A stretch of DNA of 64,000 nt. Origin: Thermoplasmatota archaeon. GTDB taxonomy: Archaea > Thermoplasmatota > JAKEGO01. Below the pieces are notes generated by a model. It saw nothing but the letters and a program-made list of their open reading frames with translations. It did no database searches and was not told the origin of the DNA. Below are positions 1 to 9,219 of this stretch, piece after piece. Both the position numbers and the translations under genes were made by a program. Position 1 is the first letter of the stretch, and each line of letters begins with the position of its first letter. The stretch lies in contig JANQNK010000020.1 in the NCBI GenBank assembly GCA_028279595.1, positions 128,001-192,000 of the forward strand. Reading direction: 5' to 3'.

Positions 1-14
1 TCGCAGCCATACCA

Positions 15-374
15 TCAGCCTCCGAAGGTTATCACTTTGTCCGAACCCTTCACCATATCGATGAACCTGAAGGACCCTGCGATCTGGACGCCGTCGACTA
101 TCTCACCTTCTTTGAGATCTCGCGCGTCGGAACACCTCTGGCAGGAGGCTGCCTCGACGCCGCGCTTGATCGCCGATCGGAGCCACTCGGTCGGGTTGTT
201 GAAATCGAGTTCAGAAGTGACATTGGTGACCCAGACCCCGTCCAGGTACATGAAGAGATTGACGTCGTACTTTGCCCTCTTCGCCGCGAGGGCCGTCCTC
301 ATCGCCATGTCAGCGGCCTCCGAGACGTAGGGTCCCTTCGTCAGGAGGATCGTGAGCGTCTTCGTGTCGGTCAT
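15..374 (-). CDS. DsrE/TusD-like sulfur-relay family protein
   Basis: LTILLTKGPY...FMYLDGV...CQRC..AR pattern typical of DsrE; ATG at 374 overlaps the upstream TGA (ATGA coupling). Confidence 0.85.
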   Translation of the reverse strand: MTDTKTLTILLTKGPYVSEAADMAMRTALAAKRAKYDVNLFMYLDGVWVTNVTSELDFNNPTEWLRSAIKRGVEAASCQRCSDARDLKEGEIVDGVQIAGSFRFIDMVKGSDKVITFGG

Positions 375-727
375 ATGACCATCACCCTGTCCCATTCCTC
401 CATGACGTTCAACACGAGGTCCTTGTAGGGTTTCCTCGAGACCTCGACGCCGTCCGCCATTCCATCCTCGGGTATACCTGCGGCAAGGAGGTGGTCGCCG
501 CTGGCGGTCACTGGTACGCCCTTCCTGAGAAGTTCGTTGAACAGTGTGAATGCCTCGTTATCCTGTCCCGTCTTGGCGAGCCAGACGCCGTCGCTGATAA
601 GGAAGAGGCCTACGCTTCTACCGTCATCCAACGAATCCAGAGCGGTCCTCAGTATGCCTGCAACGGCTCCTGTTTCAAGCGGCGGTTTCGTGATGACGAA
701 ACCGAGGTCGGTGTTGGATCCTGTCAT
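371..727 (-). CDS. DsrE/DsrF-like family protein
   Basis: GFVITKPP...LFLISDGVW motif; AGGAGG site upstream of ATG 727; coupled to the downstream DsrE paralog. Confidence 0.8.
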   Translation of the reverse strand: MTGSNTDLGFVITKPPLETGAVAGILRTALDSLDDGRSVGLFLISDGVWLAKTGQDNEAFTLFNELLRKGVPVTASGDHLLAAGIPEDGMADGVEVSRKPYKDLVLNVMEEWDRVMVI

Positions 728-804
728 TTCGCCCCTCCTTTGTTGTGTGGTATTGTGCCACAACTATGCACCATAAAAGAGGCCGGTATTAAAGACTTTT
801 CCCC

Positions 805-1302
805 TCAGGCGATGTACTCGTATGAGGACCTGTCGAAACCTTCGACAAGCTCTATCCCCGTCTCGCTCGGCTGCCACCCGACCGTGGGATAGACGAGGTT
901 CGGGAAGAAGTGTTTCGTGTCCTTCGCTATCTTGGATGCCACATGCTCCTCCCCAAATACCTCCCTGACGATATCGTAGGCCGTCCGCCTGACCTGCCGC
1001 TCGTCGAGATATCCGAGGGTGTGAAGGTATTCGTGCAGAAGGACGGTGAAGGCATAGGGCGCGAAGAGTTCGGGTTCGGTGTCCCTGATCCTCATCAACG
1101 GGACCTTGTTCAGGACGATGACATTTGTAGCGACGTAGTAGTATCCACCGAAGAACCCCTTCGGATGGTTCCCGAGGTCCGCCAGACCGAGCATCAATCC
1201 GCCTCTGCTCTGACCGAGGACCTGGCGTACCGCATCCTTGACGATATCGAAGACCTCTGCAAGGTCGTCTGCAGCATCGAGCCTCTCCGGGAATGTTTCC
1301 AT
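805..1302 (-). CDS. Hypothetical protein with HEXXH zinc-metallopeptidase motif
   Basis: TVLLHEYLHTLGYLDE; host-like codon usage. Confidence 0.7.
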   Translation of the reverse strand: METFPERLDAADDLAEVFDIVKDAVRQVLGQSRGGLMLGLADLGNHPKGFFGGYYYVATNVIVLNKVPLMRIRDTEPELFAPYAFTVLLHEYLHTLGYLDERQVRRTAYDIVREVFGEEHVASKIAKDTKHFFPNLVYPTVGWQPSETGIELVEGFDRSSYEYIA

Positions 1303-1350
1303 CGTTCGATCTACCTTCTCGGACCGTTTATAACTTCCACCGAAACCGGC

Positions 1351-1782
1351 TCAGGCGTACATTGCCTCGGCCCGCTCCTTCAGTGCGCGGTTCATCTTCC
1401 TGAACCCCTTTTCCGTCGGCGATCCCAATCTCCTCATTAGCAACGGTGTCAAGAAGCCCGTGAATGTCTCGCTCTGTTCGAACCTCACACCCCCGTTACG
1501 TGGTTCTATCCTGAAGACGTGCTCACCATGGAACCCCGGGACCTTCCCCAACCACCTCATCTCCTCCCGAGGCCTCGTCACAAGAAGGGTCGGCCTGAAG
1601 CTCATCCCTTTCTTGCCCTCCGGTTTCAGGAATACCGAGATCCGTTCGCCCTCCTTCACAACCCCTTCCGCCTTCGTAATGAACGGATTCCATTCCTCGA
1701 ATTGCTCGAGATCTGTCAGCACATCCCAAACAGCCTCGGGTGAGGCATCTATATCGATCCATGTCCTGATCTCACGTGTCAT
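1351..1782 (-). CDS. SRPBCC (polyketide cyclase/START-like) domain protein
   Basis: IDIDASPEAVWDVLTDLEQFEEWNP ... GFRKMNRALKERAE; GAGGTGA site upstream of 1782/1785. Confidence 0.9.
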   Translation of the reverse strand: MTREIRTWIDIDASPEAVWDVLTDLEQFEEWNPFITKAEGVVKEGERISVFLKPEGKKGMSFRPTLLVTRPREEMRWLGKVPGFHGEHVFRIEPRNGGVRFEQSETFTGFLTPLLMRRLGSPTEKGFRKMNRALKERAEAMYA

Positions 1783-1861
1783 CATACTCACCTCATCTAG
1801 AATTCGCGATCTGACCATCACTGCTTCTCTATGAGTACCTGTTCCCTAACAGCAACGCGTA

Positions 1862-2800
1862 CTAGTCGCCTGGCGGCATGTCGCAGTACTTCAGTACGAG
1901 GTCGGTGGAGATGTACCTCATCATGCAGTCCGGCACCAGGGTAACGATCCTTCCGCCCTCCATCTCCTTCGCAACCTTCAGGCTGGCGAACACGTTCGCT
2001 CCCGATGATATGCCTGCCAGGATGCCCTCCTCTGCAGCTAGGCGACGTGCGGTCGCCATGGCCTCGTCATCGCTGACGGCTATGACCTCGTCGTACATCT
2101 CAGTGTCGAGGACCTCGGGGATGAAACCCTCGCCAATGCCCTCGATCTTGTGCAATCCCGGATCGCATCCCGAGAGGACCGCGGAACCAGATGGTTCGAC
2201 TATTACGATCTTGATGCCTGGGACCTCCTCCCTCAGGAGAGAGGCGACGCCGGACATCGTTCCACCGGTTCCAGCTGCGGCTACAAATACATCGATCTTC
2301 CCGTCGGTCTGGTCTATTATCTCCCTTGCTGTCGTCTCGCGGTGTGCTCTCGGGTTCGCGGGATTCTTGAACTGGTCTGGCATGAATGCACCTGGGATCT
2401 CTTCGATGAGTTCCTCGGCCTTCTTCAACACCCCGGGGATACCCTCCGCCGCCGGAGTGCGGACCACCGTCGCCCCGAATGCCTGGCACATGTGCGTCCG
2501 CTCCTCGCTGACGAACTCCGGCATGACGACGATCATCTTGTAACCCTTGGCCGCCGCGACCAGCGATAGAGCTATTCCGGTGTTCCCGGTGGTGGGTTCC
2601 ACGATGGTCCCTCCGGGCTTGAGGAGGCCGCGGCTCTCGGCATCCTCTATCATGTATATGGCTATCCTGTCCTTGATGCTGCAGGTGGGGTTGGACGATT
2701 CTATCTTGACGACGATCTCCGGGGAGTGCTCCTTGCCAACGCTGTTCAGCCTGACCATCGGCGTCTCCCCAATGAGCTCGAGCACGCTGTCGTGTATCAT
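1862..2800 (-). CDS. cysK: Cysteine synthase (O-acetylserine thiol-lyase family, PLP-dependent), copy 1
   Basis: LIGETPMV, SIKDR (PLP Lys), EPTTGNTG, GTGGT, HKIEGIGEGFIP; true start is ATG 2800 with AGGTGA site (the ORF-track extension to 3400 overlaps the GrpB gene). Confidence 0.9.
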   Translation of the reverse strand: MIHDSVLELIGETPMVRLNSVGKEHSPEIVVKIESSNPTCSIKDRIAIYMIEDAESRGLLKPGGTIVEPTTGNTGIALSLVAAAKGYKMIVVMPEFVSEERTHMCQAFGATVVRTPAAEGIPGVLKKAEELIEEIPGAFMPDQFKNPANPRAHRETTAREIIDQTDGKIDVFVAAAGTGGTMSGVASLLREEVPGIKIVIVEPSGSAVLSGCDPGLHKIEGIGEGFIPEVLDTEMYDEVIAVSDDEAMATARRLAAEEGILAGISSGANVFASLKVAKEMEGGRIVTLVPDCMMRYISTDLVLKYCDMPPGD

Positions 2801-2874
2801 CGTGTCACCTCGGCGGAGCGGGACAGACGACGCTCTCCCGGTCCTCGTGTGGAATGGTATTGACCTATAATATC

Positions 2875-3417
2875 CTATTTCCTTAACCCGGCCCGCCGGA
2901 GCTCCCCGAGGATGAAGTCGGACTTGGAATCCGTGTATCCATCCCGGTCGTTCCTGAACTCGATAGCGAGCTCCTTCTTCAGGTCGCCGTAGGCCTTTGC
3001 TATGACGGGATCGGCCCTGAGGAGTTCCCTGAAGTCCAGGTGGTCCTTCCTGAATTCGTTCTCCCACTGAACGATGTGAACGTGGAACATCCGCTCGCCG
3101 TCGACGAACTTGTCGAACAGCCGCCGCTGGGGGAAGGTCCACTCGAGGTCCTTGCGGTATCGGTAGACCAGACCCTCCATGACGGGAACGGTCCTGTCGA
3201 GGTCCTCCTCGCGCTTGAGCCCGACGTTGATGTCGATGACCGGTTTGGCCGCCAATCCCGGGACCGAGGTGCTCCCGACATGGTCCATGGTCTCGACGAT
3301 GTCGCCGAGGGCTTCTCCGATGACCGATGCCTCCCTGTCGTAGATCTCGGTCCAGACCGGGTCGTAATCCTCGACGATTATCGGGTCGTCGAACGGCCAA
3401 TCATCAACATTCTCCAT
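2875..3417 (-). CDS. GrpB/UPF0157 family nucleotidyltransferase-fold protein
   Basis: YDPVW...HVGSTSVPGLAAKPVIDI...HVH...FRELLR...YGDLKKELA...YTDSKSDFI signature. Confidence 0.9.
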   Translation of the reverse strand: MENVDDWPFDDPIIVEDYDPVWTEIYDREASVIGEALGDIVETMDHVGSTSVPGLAAKPVIDINVGLKREEDLDRTVPVMEGLVYRYRKDLEWTFPQRRLFDKFVDGERMFHVHIVQWENEFRKDHLDFRELLRADPVIAKAYGDLKKELAIEFRNDRDGYTDSKSDFILGELRRAGLRK

Positions 3418-3426
3418 GTCGCTCAC

Positions 3427-4365
3427 TCAGTACGCATCCAGGTCGCTCATCGTGAAGAGGTCGTCTCCGACCCCGTACAGGTCCTCGATCCCCCCGATGT
3501 CCAGCTCCCCGGTCAGGTCGACCGCCATGAACGTCCCCCAGGTCGTCCCGATCTCGGAGGCTCCCGAACGGACGAGACGTTCGATGATCGCCCTCCTCGG
3601 TGTCCAGTCGTACATGATGTGACCCGTTCCGGTATCCTTCTCCAGTGCTGCAATCATGTCAGGTACGTCGTCGATGTCCACGGCGCACATGTCGATCAGG
3701 TTGATGTACCTGTCAGTTGACTTGCCGATGGTGAACCCGATCATCTCACCGTCGCGGAAGTAGCTATGCCTATCGTAAGGACCATCGTGGAAGTTCATCT
3801 CCCTGATGCTGATGACTCCTTCGAAGCGGTGGGTGAATCCCAGGAGGTCCTCTGCATATCTCTTGTAGATCCCATGGGCGTCCTGATCTGTAAGCCCCTT
3901 CTTGCAGACGACATCCGTCTCCGCAGGTCCCGAACAGGGTTTGATGGCGGAACTGAAGTGGCCGAAGTCCCGGTACCCGAACTTCCTGTACAGATCGTAT
4001 GCCACCCAGGAGCGCCGCGTTCCCAGGACCGCGAATCGAACATCCTCTTCCAGGAGTATCCTGTGGGTCTCCTCGAACAATGCGGTGGAATATCCGCGCC
4101 GGGCGGAATCTGGACGGGTGCAGACACCCCAGACGAACCCGACCTTCTCCAGCCCCTCGGTGGTGTCCGTGTCAACGACACAGTAGCCCACCTGAGCCCT
4201 TACCTCGTCGTCATCGACAGCGTAGAGCGCGTAATGATCGGGGAGCCACGGGTCCTTCTCCCTCAGCTCACGGGCCAACTCAGGACTGAGGAACCATCTG
4301 AAACTGGTCCAGTCAATGACCTTGACCCCATCCGGGTCGACCTCGTCGTAGGGGAGTATCTTCAT
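3427..4365 (-). CDS. GNAT family N-acetyltransferase (Eis-like, two-domain)
   Basis: GVCTRPDSARRGYSTAL acetyl-CoA motif A; LYRKFGY. Confidence 0.85.
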   Translation of the reverse strand: MKILPYDEVDPDGVKVIDWTSFRWFLSPELARELREKDPWLPDHYALYAVDDDEVRAQVGYCVVDTDTTEGLEKVGFVWGVCTRPDSARRGYSTALFEETHRILLEEDVRFAVLGTRRSWVAYDLYRKFGYRDFGHFSSAIKPCSGPAETDVVCKKGLTDQDAHGIYKRYAEDLLGFTHRFEGVISIREMNFHDGPYDRHSYFRDGEMIGFTIGKSTDRYINLIDMCAVDIDDVPDMIAALEKDTGTGHIMYDWTPRRAIIERLVRSGASEIGTTWGTFMAVDLTGELDIGGIEDLYGVGDDLFTMSDLDAY

Positions 4366-4401
4366 TAGACCATGTAATCGGTTCGATGTATAAGGGCATT
4401 G

Positions 4402-5376
4402 TCAGACAATCGGAAGTTCGATCTCCGCGTAGTACTTCCTTTTTAGATCGTTTCGCAACCTCAATACTAATCCATTATAGCGGAGCCCTCTAACGTTCAT
4501 TATATCGTCATCTGAGAACTTCCCGTCCCCGTCCGCATCCTCGAACGTGACAAAGAGCGTATGATTCGTTCCATTGGCGGGCTCCCGCGCATAGAAATTA
4601 CTACCTATTGTCAATGAAGAAGCATTGAACTGGTCCTCGAGGAAAAGGATGTCAGTGATCTTCCCTGACATTGAAATCGTCTCGTCGTCCGAATCCAATC
4701 CTTCGATAACCTCGCTTTTATTGTTAAGTAACTGATAAGATAGATCGCTCAGATCAGCTCCGTCCGTCATGATGAACCTGATCTCGTGACTACCCATGGA
4801 TGACATCCTCATGTGTCCAAGGGATATTTCGTCGCCCGAACCCGAGCCGATGGTCACTTCAGCATTGTCCCACGAAGCGAAGAACGCATAGGCCAGTATG
4901 GCAATGACCAGGAACGACACGACAACGGCCACGAGGATGAACTTGACCGCCGAGCCCTTCTTTGCCGGAACGGGCTGCGGGGCTCCTCGACCGTATGGGT
5001 CGACATAACCCGGTGTCATCGTGGTCGCGGGAGCTGCACCCAGCGGCTGCTGCGCTCCGGGTGTGAAGCCAGAATATTGTATCTGATACTGGGTCCCCTG
5101 CTGTTGCCCCGGATATAGTGGCTGTTCCTGTGTCCCCGGAACCGGCTGGACCTGTGGCGCCTCAACGTAACCTGGCTGCTGGCTCTGGTCATACGGTTCC
5201 TGATACTGGGCCTGAGGCTGCTGCTGATAGGCCGTCTGGTACTGTTGCTGCTGCTGTGCGTACTGCTGCTGAGCTGGCTGCTGTGCCGCTGCGACGTACG
5301 CCTGACAGACGTAACAGTAGTACTGACCGTACTGTTCGACATAATTGGTCATGTTACCGCATGTCGGACACTGCAT
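4402..5376 (-). CDS. Membrane protein with N-terminal Zn ribbon, Gln/Pro-rich linker, one TM and an extracellular domain
   Basis: CPTC...CYVC; Q/P/Y low-complexity stretch; TM FILVAVVVSFLVIAILAYAFF; DADGDG loop. Confidence 0.8.
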   Translation of the reverse strand: MQCPTCGNMTNYVEQYGQYYCYVCQAYVAAAQQPAQQQYAQQQQQYQTAYQQQPQAQYQEPYDQSQQPGYVEAPQVQPVPGTQEQPLYPGQQQGTQYQIQYSGFTPGAQQPLGAAPATTMTPGYVDPYGRGAPQPVPAKKGSAVKFILVAVVVSFLVIAILAYAFFASWDNAEVTIGSGSGDEISLGHMRMSSMGSHEIRFIMTDGADLSDLSYQLLNNKSEVIEGLDSDDETISMSGKITDILFLEDQFNASSLTIGSNFYAREPANGTNHTLFVTFEDADGDGKFSDDDIMNVRGLRYNGLVLRLRNDLKRKYYAEIELPIV

Positions 5377-5428
5377 ATCGTCCCCTCTGGACCGGGTAGG
5401 GAACGTGGATATAAAATCCTATCCTGGT

Positions 5429-5953
5429 TCAGCCATCTTCCTTCCGGGTCAGGTTGAACCATATGGTCATCGTCAGGATCACGACCACGAAGGTCACCAC
5501 GACGGCCATCGAGGAATCCGGCACCGCTGTGTCGTCCTTGTGCTCCTCGTCATCGCTTTGGATGTCATCACAGTCGCTGCAATGTTCTCCGACTACGATG
5601 TCCATCTTGACCTCGGCCGACCAGGTGTCGTTGTCGTCCATCACCGAGAACCAGATCCTGTGCTCTCCGACTGTCATGTTCGTCCGGTTGAAGGACTGGT
5701 TCCTTGAGAGGACGCCAGTGACGTTGGAACGCCATTTGTATGCCACGACCTCACCGTCGGGATCGTTCCCGTGGCCGCTGAAGTAGACGGTGTCGCCCTT
5801 GCCCTTGGGCGGAACGTAGATGGAATCGATCTCGGCGGTCGGAGGTTCATTGGTGGCGTTCTGCGCTGACGCTGATGGGATGAGAACGAAAAGGATGGCC
5901 AATGAGATGGCGATCACGGAAAGGAGCAGGAGATAGCGTCCACGCATGCGCAT
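5429..5953 (-). CDS. Secreted PKD-like domain protein with C-terminal TM anchor
   Basis: Signal peptide; NEPPTAEI...FSGHGNDPDGEVVAYKW...GEHRIWFSVMDDNDTWS; C-terminal TM followed by RK. Confidence 0.85.
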   Translation of the reverse strand: MRMRGRYLLLLSVIAISLAILFVLIPSASAQNATNEPPTAEIDSIYVPPKGKGDTVYFSGHGNDPDGEVVAYKWRSNVTGVLSRNQSFNRTNMTVGEHRIWFSVMDDNDTWSAEVKMDIVVGEHCSDCDDIQSDDEEHKDDTAVPDSSMAVVVTFVVVILTMTIWFNLTRKEDG

Positions 5954-5973
5954 GAGATGGAGACCCCCGGTTT

Positions 5974-8900
5974 TTAACGTTGCGCCTCGCTCAGGATGAC
6001 CCCCCATTCGTGGAGGGAATGGTCGCTCCTTTCGATTGGACGGATCTCCGGTTCCGACAGCATGGTATCAGGAGGGACCTCCCTTACAACGAACATCACA
6101 CGCAGGTATTCTTCATAGACCAGTTCGGTCTCCAATTTGAAGATGCGTTCGATGTCAGCCTCCAATGCCGGCTGGACAGCATAGTTGAACTCATCCTTCC
6201 CGAAGGCTATCTTCATGTCCTCCGCGATCCAGTAGTCGATGAAATCGTTCACCTCGTTCTCCAGGAATCCGTACCCATCCATGATGTCCGAGAAGATGGT
6301 CCTTAGGTCCCCGACCGATACCGGGTCACCATTCCATGTGTATCCCACGGTCCCTTTGCCGATGGTCCATCCTCGGTCGCTTACCCTGGGGACGATGGTC
6401 TCAGCTTCGTAGATCAGATAATCATGCATCGCACCATCCGAGTGGATTCTTCCATCCTCCAGTGTGAGGTCCCTCCATTCGGTGATCGAGGAGAGAGGAC
6501 GTTCAGGGATCGTCCTGATGGTCCGTCCCTTGAGGTACAATCGCACGGTCTCCTTATCCACCTTCGGCGTCCGCAGGTAGATCGCAGGCTTGAACGCCAC
6601 CGCTTTCATTTGAGATAGGAGAAGCAGGACCAGGTTCCACAGAAGGGCGTTGTACACCATGGTCGTCGCAGTGTTCCTGAATCTCTTACCCCCCTTTGCG
6701 AGCAGAATCAGTGGCACGATGATCGCTGCCAGGCTTATCGGGAAGCAGATAAAGAACGCGTCAGTGAACCCCTCGGTCCCTACGAAGGCGTTGACCACCC
6801 ACGGGCCGTCCTCCGGATTCCTATGCGCGAGGGAGACCGTGTCAAGGAAGGCTATGATGAACAAGAGGAATGCTACTCCGAGAAGACCGACGGAGAGCCA
6901 CGGGCTTGCCTTGTTCAGATATCTCGACCTCTCGATACGTCTTTTCCGCGCTCTTGCGAGACGTCTGATATCATATCGATTCCTGTGGTATGTCCATACA
7001 GCGAAGGCTATCAATAAAACGCCTATGGCATTCATCGCGAGCACAACGGGGTTTGGACCGAAGATGCTGTACAGGGAAAGGCCGTGGTACAGGATAATCA
7101 ATCCTATGAAAGTTCCCATGCTCACGATATTCATGTTCTTCTGGGTCTTGATCGCCTCCGATCTTCCCATACCCCGAGGTCTGCTGACGATCGTCCTCTT
7201 CTGTTCCTTCTTTTGTAAGTATCCCTGGAGGCTGATCAGGACGCCCATCAACATGAACGTGCTTGATATCAGCACCATCTGGGATATCGGTTCGAGGACC
7301 TTGACATAGAGCGGGATCTCGTGGTCGGGTCCGCTGAACGATTCGACATGGTAGAGGCCGGCCAATCCGAAGATGATCGTACCGGCGAGCATTGCCCCCC
7401 ATTTCTTCAATGGAGAACCGAAGAGCACCCTTGGTCGCTTGAGATCGCACCAAGGGATGAAGATCATGTATATGATCCCCATGAACGCCAGCGCTGCGAA
7501 TACCACGAAAGCCTCCCATTCCATTCCGATCAGGAAGAGGAATCCGGAGGTCCCGAGGGTGACCGCGAAGATGGTCACCAGGATATCGAGTACCCATCTT
7601 ACGATCTTTGGCTCCCCCGTTCGATCCCGAACGGCCACCCAGGCGAGCAACAGGACCGATGTGATCAACATCATCAGGACCCTGGTGACCAACAATAAGC
7701 CCTCTTCGATGCGATCGTCGTACTTCGACCCGCTGTTGCCGTAGATATGGTTCCCATCGGACGATACGAGGTGGATCCCCCATGATCCCGTGTCGCTGCA
7801 GTCGTTATTCCTTATAACGTTTCTGTCCGCCCGCAAGAGGTAGATCCCGTTGTCACCGTTCCCTGAACAATCGTTCCTAGCGATCCTGTTCGTATAACTG
7901 CGCTCCATCTCGATGCCACGTTTCGAATTGTTTGAGAAATCGTTATCCTGAACAACGCAGTTGTCCGCATACCCGATCGTCGATCCGACCCGATTGTCAG
8001 TGCAGACATTGTCCTCCGAGGTCATATCGTCGACATATTCCAGCTTGATCCCAATGTCGTTGTAGAGACAAGTATTGTCAATCACATCGTTCTCTTGACT
8101 GTTGTAGACCTCGATACCCCAGAGACGATTCCAGTAACAATTGTTGCCCAAGACATCATTTCCTACACTGTCCACCAGTTCGATCCCCTGACCATTCGAT
8201 GAACAGTTGTTGTACGAGATCCGGTTCAGATTCGATCTGTAGATCCGGATCCCCCAGTCGTTCTCAATGCAATCGTTCGCTAGGATCACGTTCTCCCTGC
8301 ATTCGCCATAGTAATTGCGATGATGGGCTCCAATAGCGATCCCTTGATAATTGGAATCAATTCTATTTGTCGCAATATAATTCCGATGGCTGGCGAGAAG
8401 GGTGATCCCGTAGGTGCAGCTTGATATCTGATTGTTAACTATGCGATTATCATTGGACAAGGCGACCATGATGCCGTCCGGAACGTTCGAGATGTTCAAG
8501 CCGCTCAACTCGATCCGTTCACACTGGACCGTGATGACCTGACCCGTATCATCTGGAACCGTATGATCGGACACATTGACGAGATATCTTATCGGCCTGC
8601 CATTTACCGTGTTCGACACGTCGATATCGTGAGTGTTCCAGCATTCTGTATCAACACCGTCGATCCTCAGGCCGCAATCGATCATCGATATGTCCTTCAA
8701 TGTGTTGTTCTCCGAATAATAGAGGCTGATCCCCACCGGAGAGCAGCGGACGGTCATGTTCGAGATCGAGCAGTTCGATCCCCTGACTAGGATGCCGTTA
8801 TCCTCCGTCCTGACATCGAACCCACTGACGTTCACCCGATCCCCCGCGATGGTCAATGCGATCCCTGATTCGATCGTGATGACAGGTCGGTCGGTCCCGT

Positions 8901-9156
8901 TTCCTGTCAATGTCAATCTCTCATCTATAAACAGACTCTCGTTGTAACTGCCGTTGTTGACGATGATCAGATCACCGTCCTCCGCCTCCCCCACGGCTGA
9001 CATTATGGTCGTGTGATCCCCGGGTCCATCGTCGTCCACTATCAGTGTCCTAGCGGTCGATACCTGACCCACGGACAGAATGACCAGGGGGAGGATGAAG
9101 AACGTCATTATTGACATCGATCTAATGAGCCTGGTTCGTTTCCCACAGACCATCAC
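5974..9156 (-). CDS. NosD/right-handed beta-helix domain + about 10-TM domain + C-terminal KPxIYL...EWG domain fusion
   Basis: VDDDGPGDHTTI cap and GIxLxxSxxNxIxxNx coils; hydrophobic segments at about aa 485-850; KPAIYL at about 6591. Confidence 0.85.
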   Translation of the reverse strand: MMVCGKRTRLIRSMSIMTFFILPLVILSVGQVSTARTLIVDDDGPGDHTTIMSAVGEAEDGDLIIVNNGSYNESLFIDERLTLTGNGTDRPVITIESGIALTIAGDRVNVSGFDVRTEDNGILVRGSNCSISNMTVRCSPVGISLYYSENNTLKDISMIDCGLRIDGVDTECWNTHDIDVSNTVNGRPIRYLVNVSDHTVPDDTGQVITVQCERIELSGLNISNVPDGIMVALSNDNRIVNNQISSCTYGITLLASHRNYIATNRIDSNYQGIAIGAHHRNYYGECRENVILANDCIENDWGIRIYRSNLNRISYNNCSSNGQGIELVDSVGNDVLGNNCYWNRLWGIEVYNSQENDVIDNTCLYNDIGIKLEYVDDMTSEDNVCTDNRVGSTIGYADNCVVQDNDFSNNSKRGIEMERSYTNRIARNDCSGNGDNGIYLLRADRNVIRNNDCSDTGSWGIHLVSSDGNHIYGNSGSKYDDRIEEGLLLVTRVLMMLITSVLLLAWVAVRDRTGEPKIVRWVLDILVTIFAVTLGTSGFLFLIGMEWEAFVVFAALAFMGIIYMIFIPWCDLKRPRVLFGSPLKKWGAMLAGTIIFGLAGLYHVESFSGPDHEIPLYVKVLEPISQMVLISSTFMLMGVLISLQGYLQKKEQKRTIVSRPRGMGRSEAIKTQKNMNIVSMGTFIGLIILYHGLSLYSIFGPNPVVLAMNAIGVLLIAFAVWTYHRNRYDIRRLARARKRRIERSRYLNKASPWLSVGLLGVAFLLFIIAFLDTVSLAHRNPEDGPWVVNAFVGTEGFTDAFFICFPISLAAIIVPLILLAKGGKRFRNTATTMVYNALLWNLVLLLLSQMKAVAFKPAIYLRTPKVDKETVRLYLKGRTIRTIPERPLSSITEWRDLTLEDGRIHSDGAMHDYLIYEAETIVPRVSDRGWTIGKGTVGYTWNGDPVSVGDLRTIFSDIMDGYGFLENEVNDFIDYWIAEDMKIAFGKDEFNYAVQPALEADIERIFKLETELVYEEYLRVMFVVREVPPDTMLSEPEIRPIERSDHSLHEWGVILSEAQR

Positions 9157-9219
9157 GTCCCCTCTGGCACCCGGTATGGCATCTTACTAAATAATCTCAT
9201 CGTCCGGTGATCGGCCGGA

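Noticed and set aside
2801-3400. 200-aa N-terminal extension of CysK in the ORF track
   Set aside because: Arg/Gly-rich off-frame read of the GrpB gene; CysK has its own AGGTGA site at 2800.
3415-3429. GNAT TGA stop directly in frame with GrpB (possible readthrough or selenocysteine fusion)
   Set aside because: In-frame adjacency is a 1-in-3 event, GrpB has its own GAGTGA-ATG start, and the position is not a catalytic Cys-like site.
4405-4423. 18/19-nt match GACAAT(C/A)GGAAGTTCGATC with 34171-34189 (possible att-like repeat)
   Set aside because: About one such match is expected by chance in 64 kb; one copy is coding; no integrase or compositional island in between.
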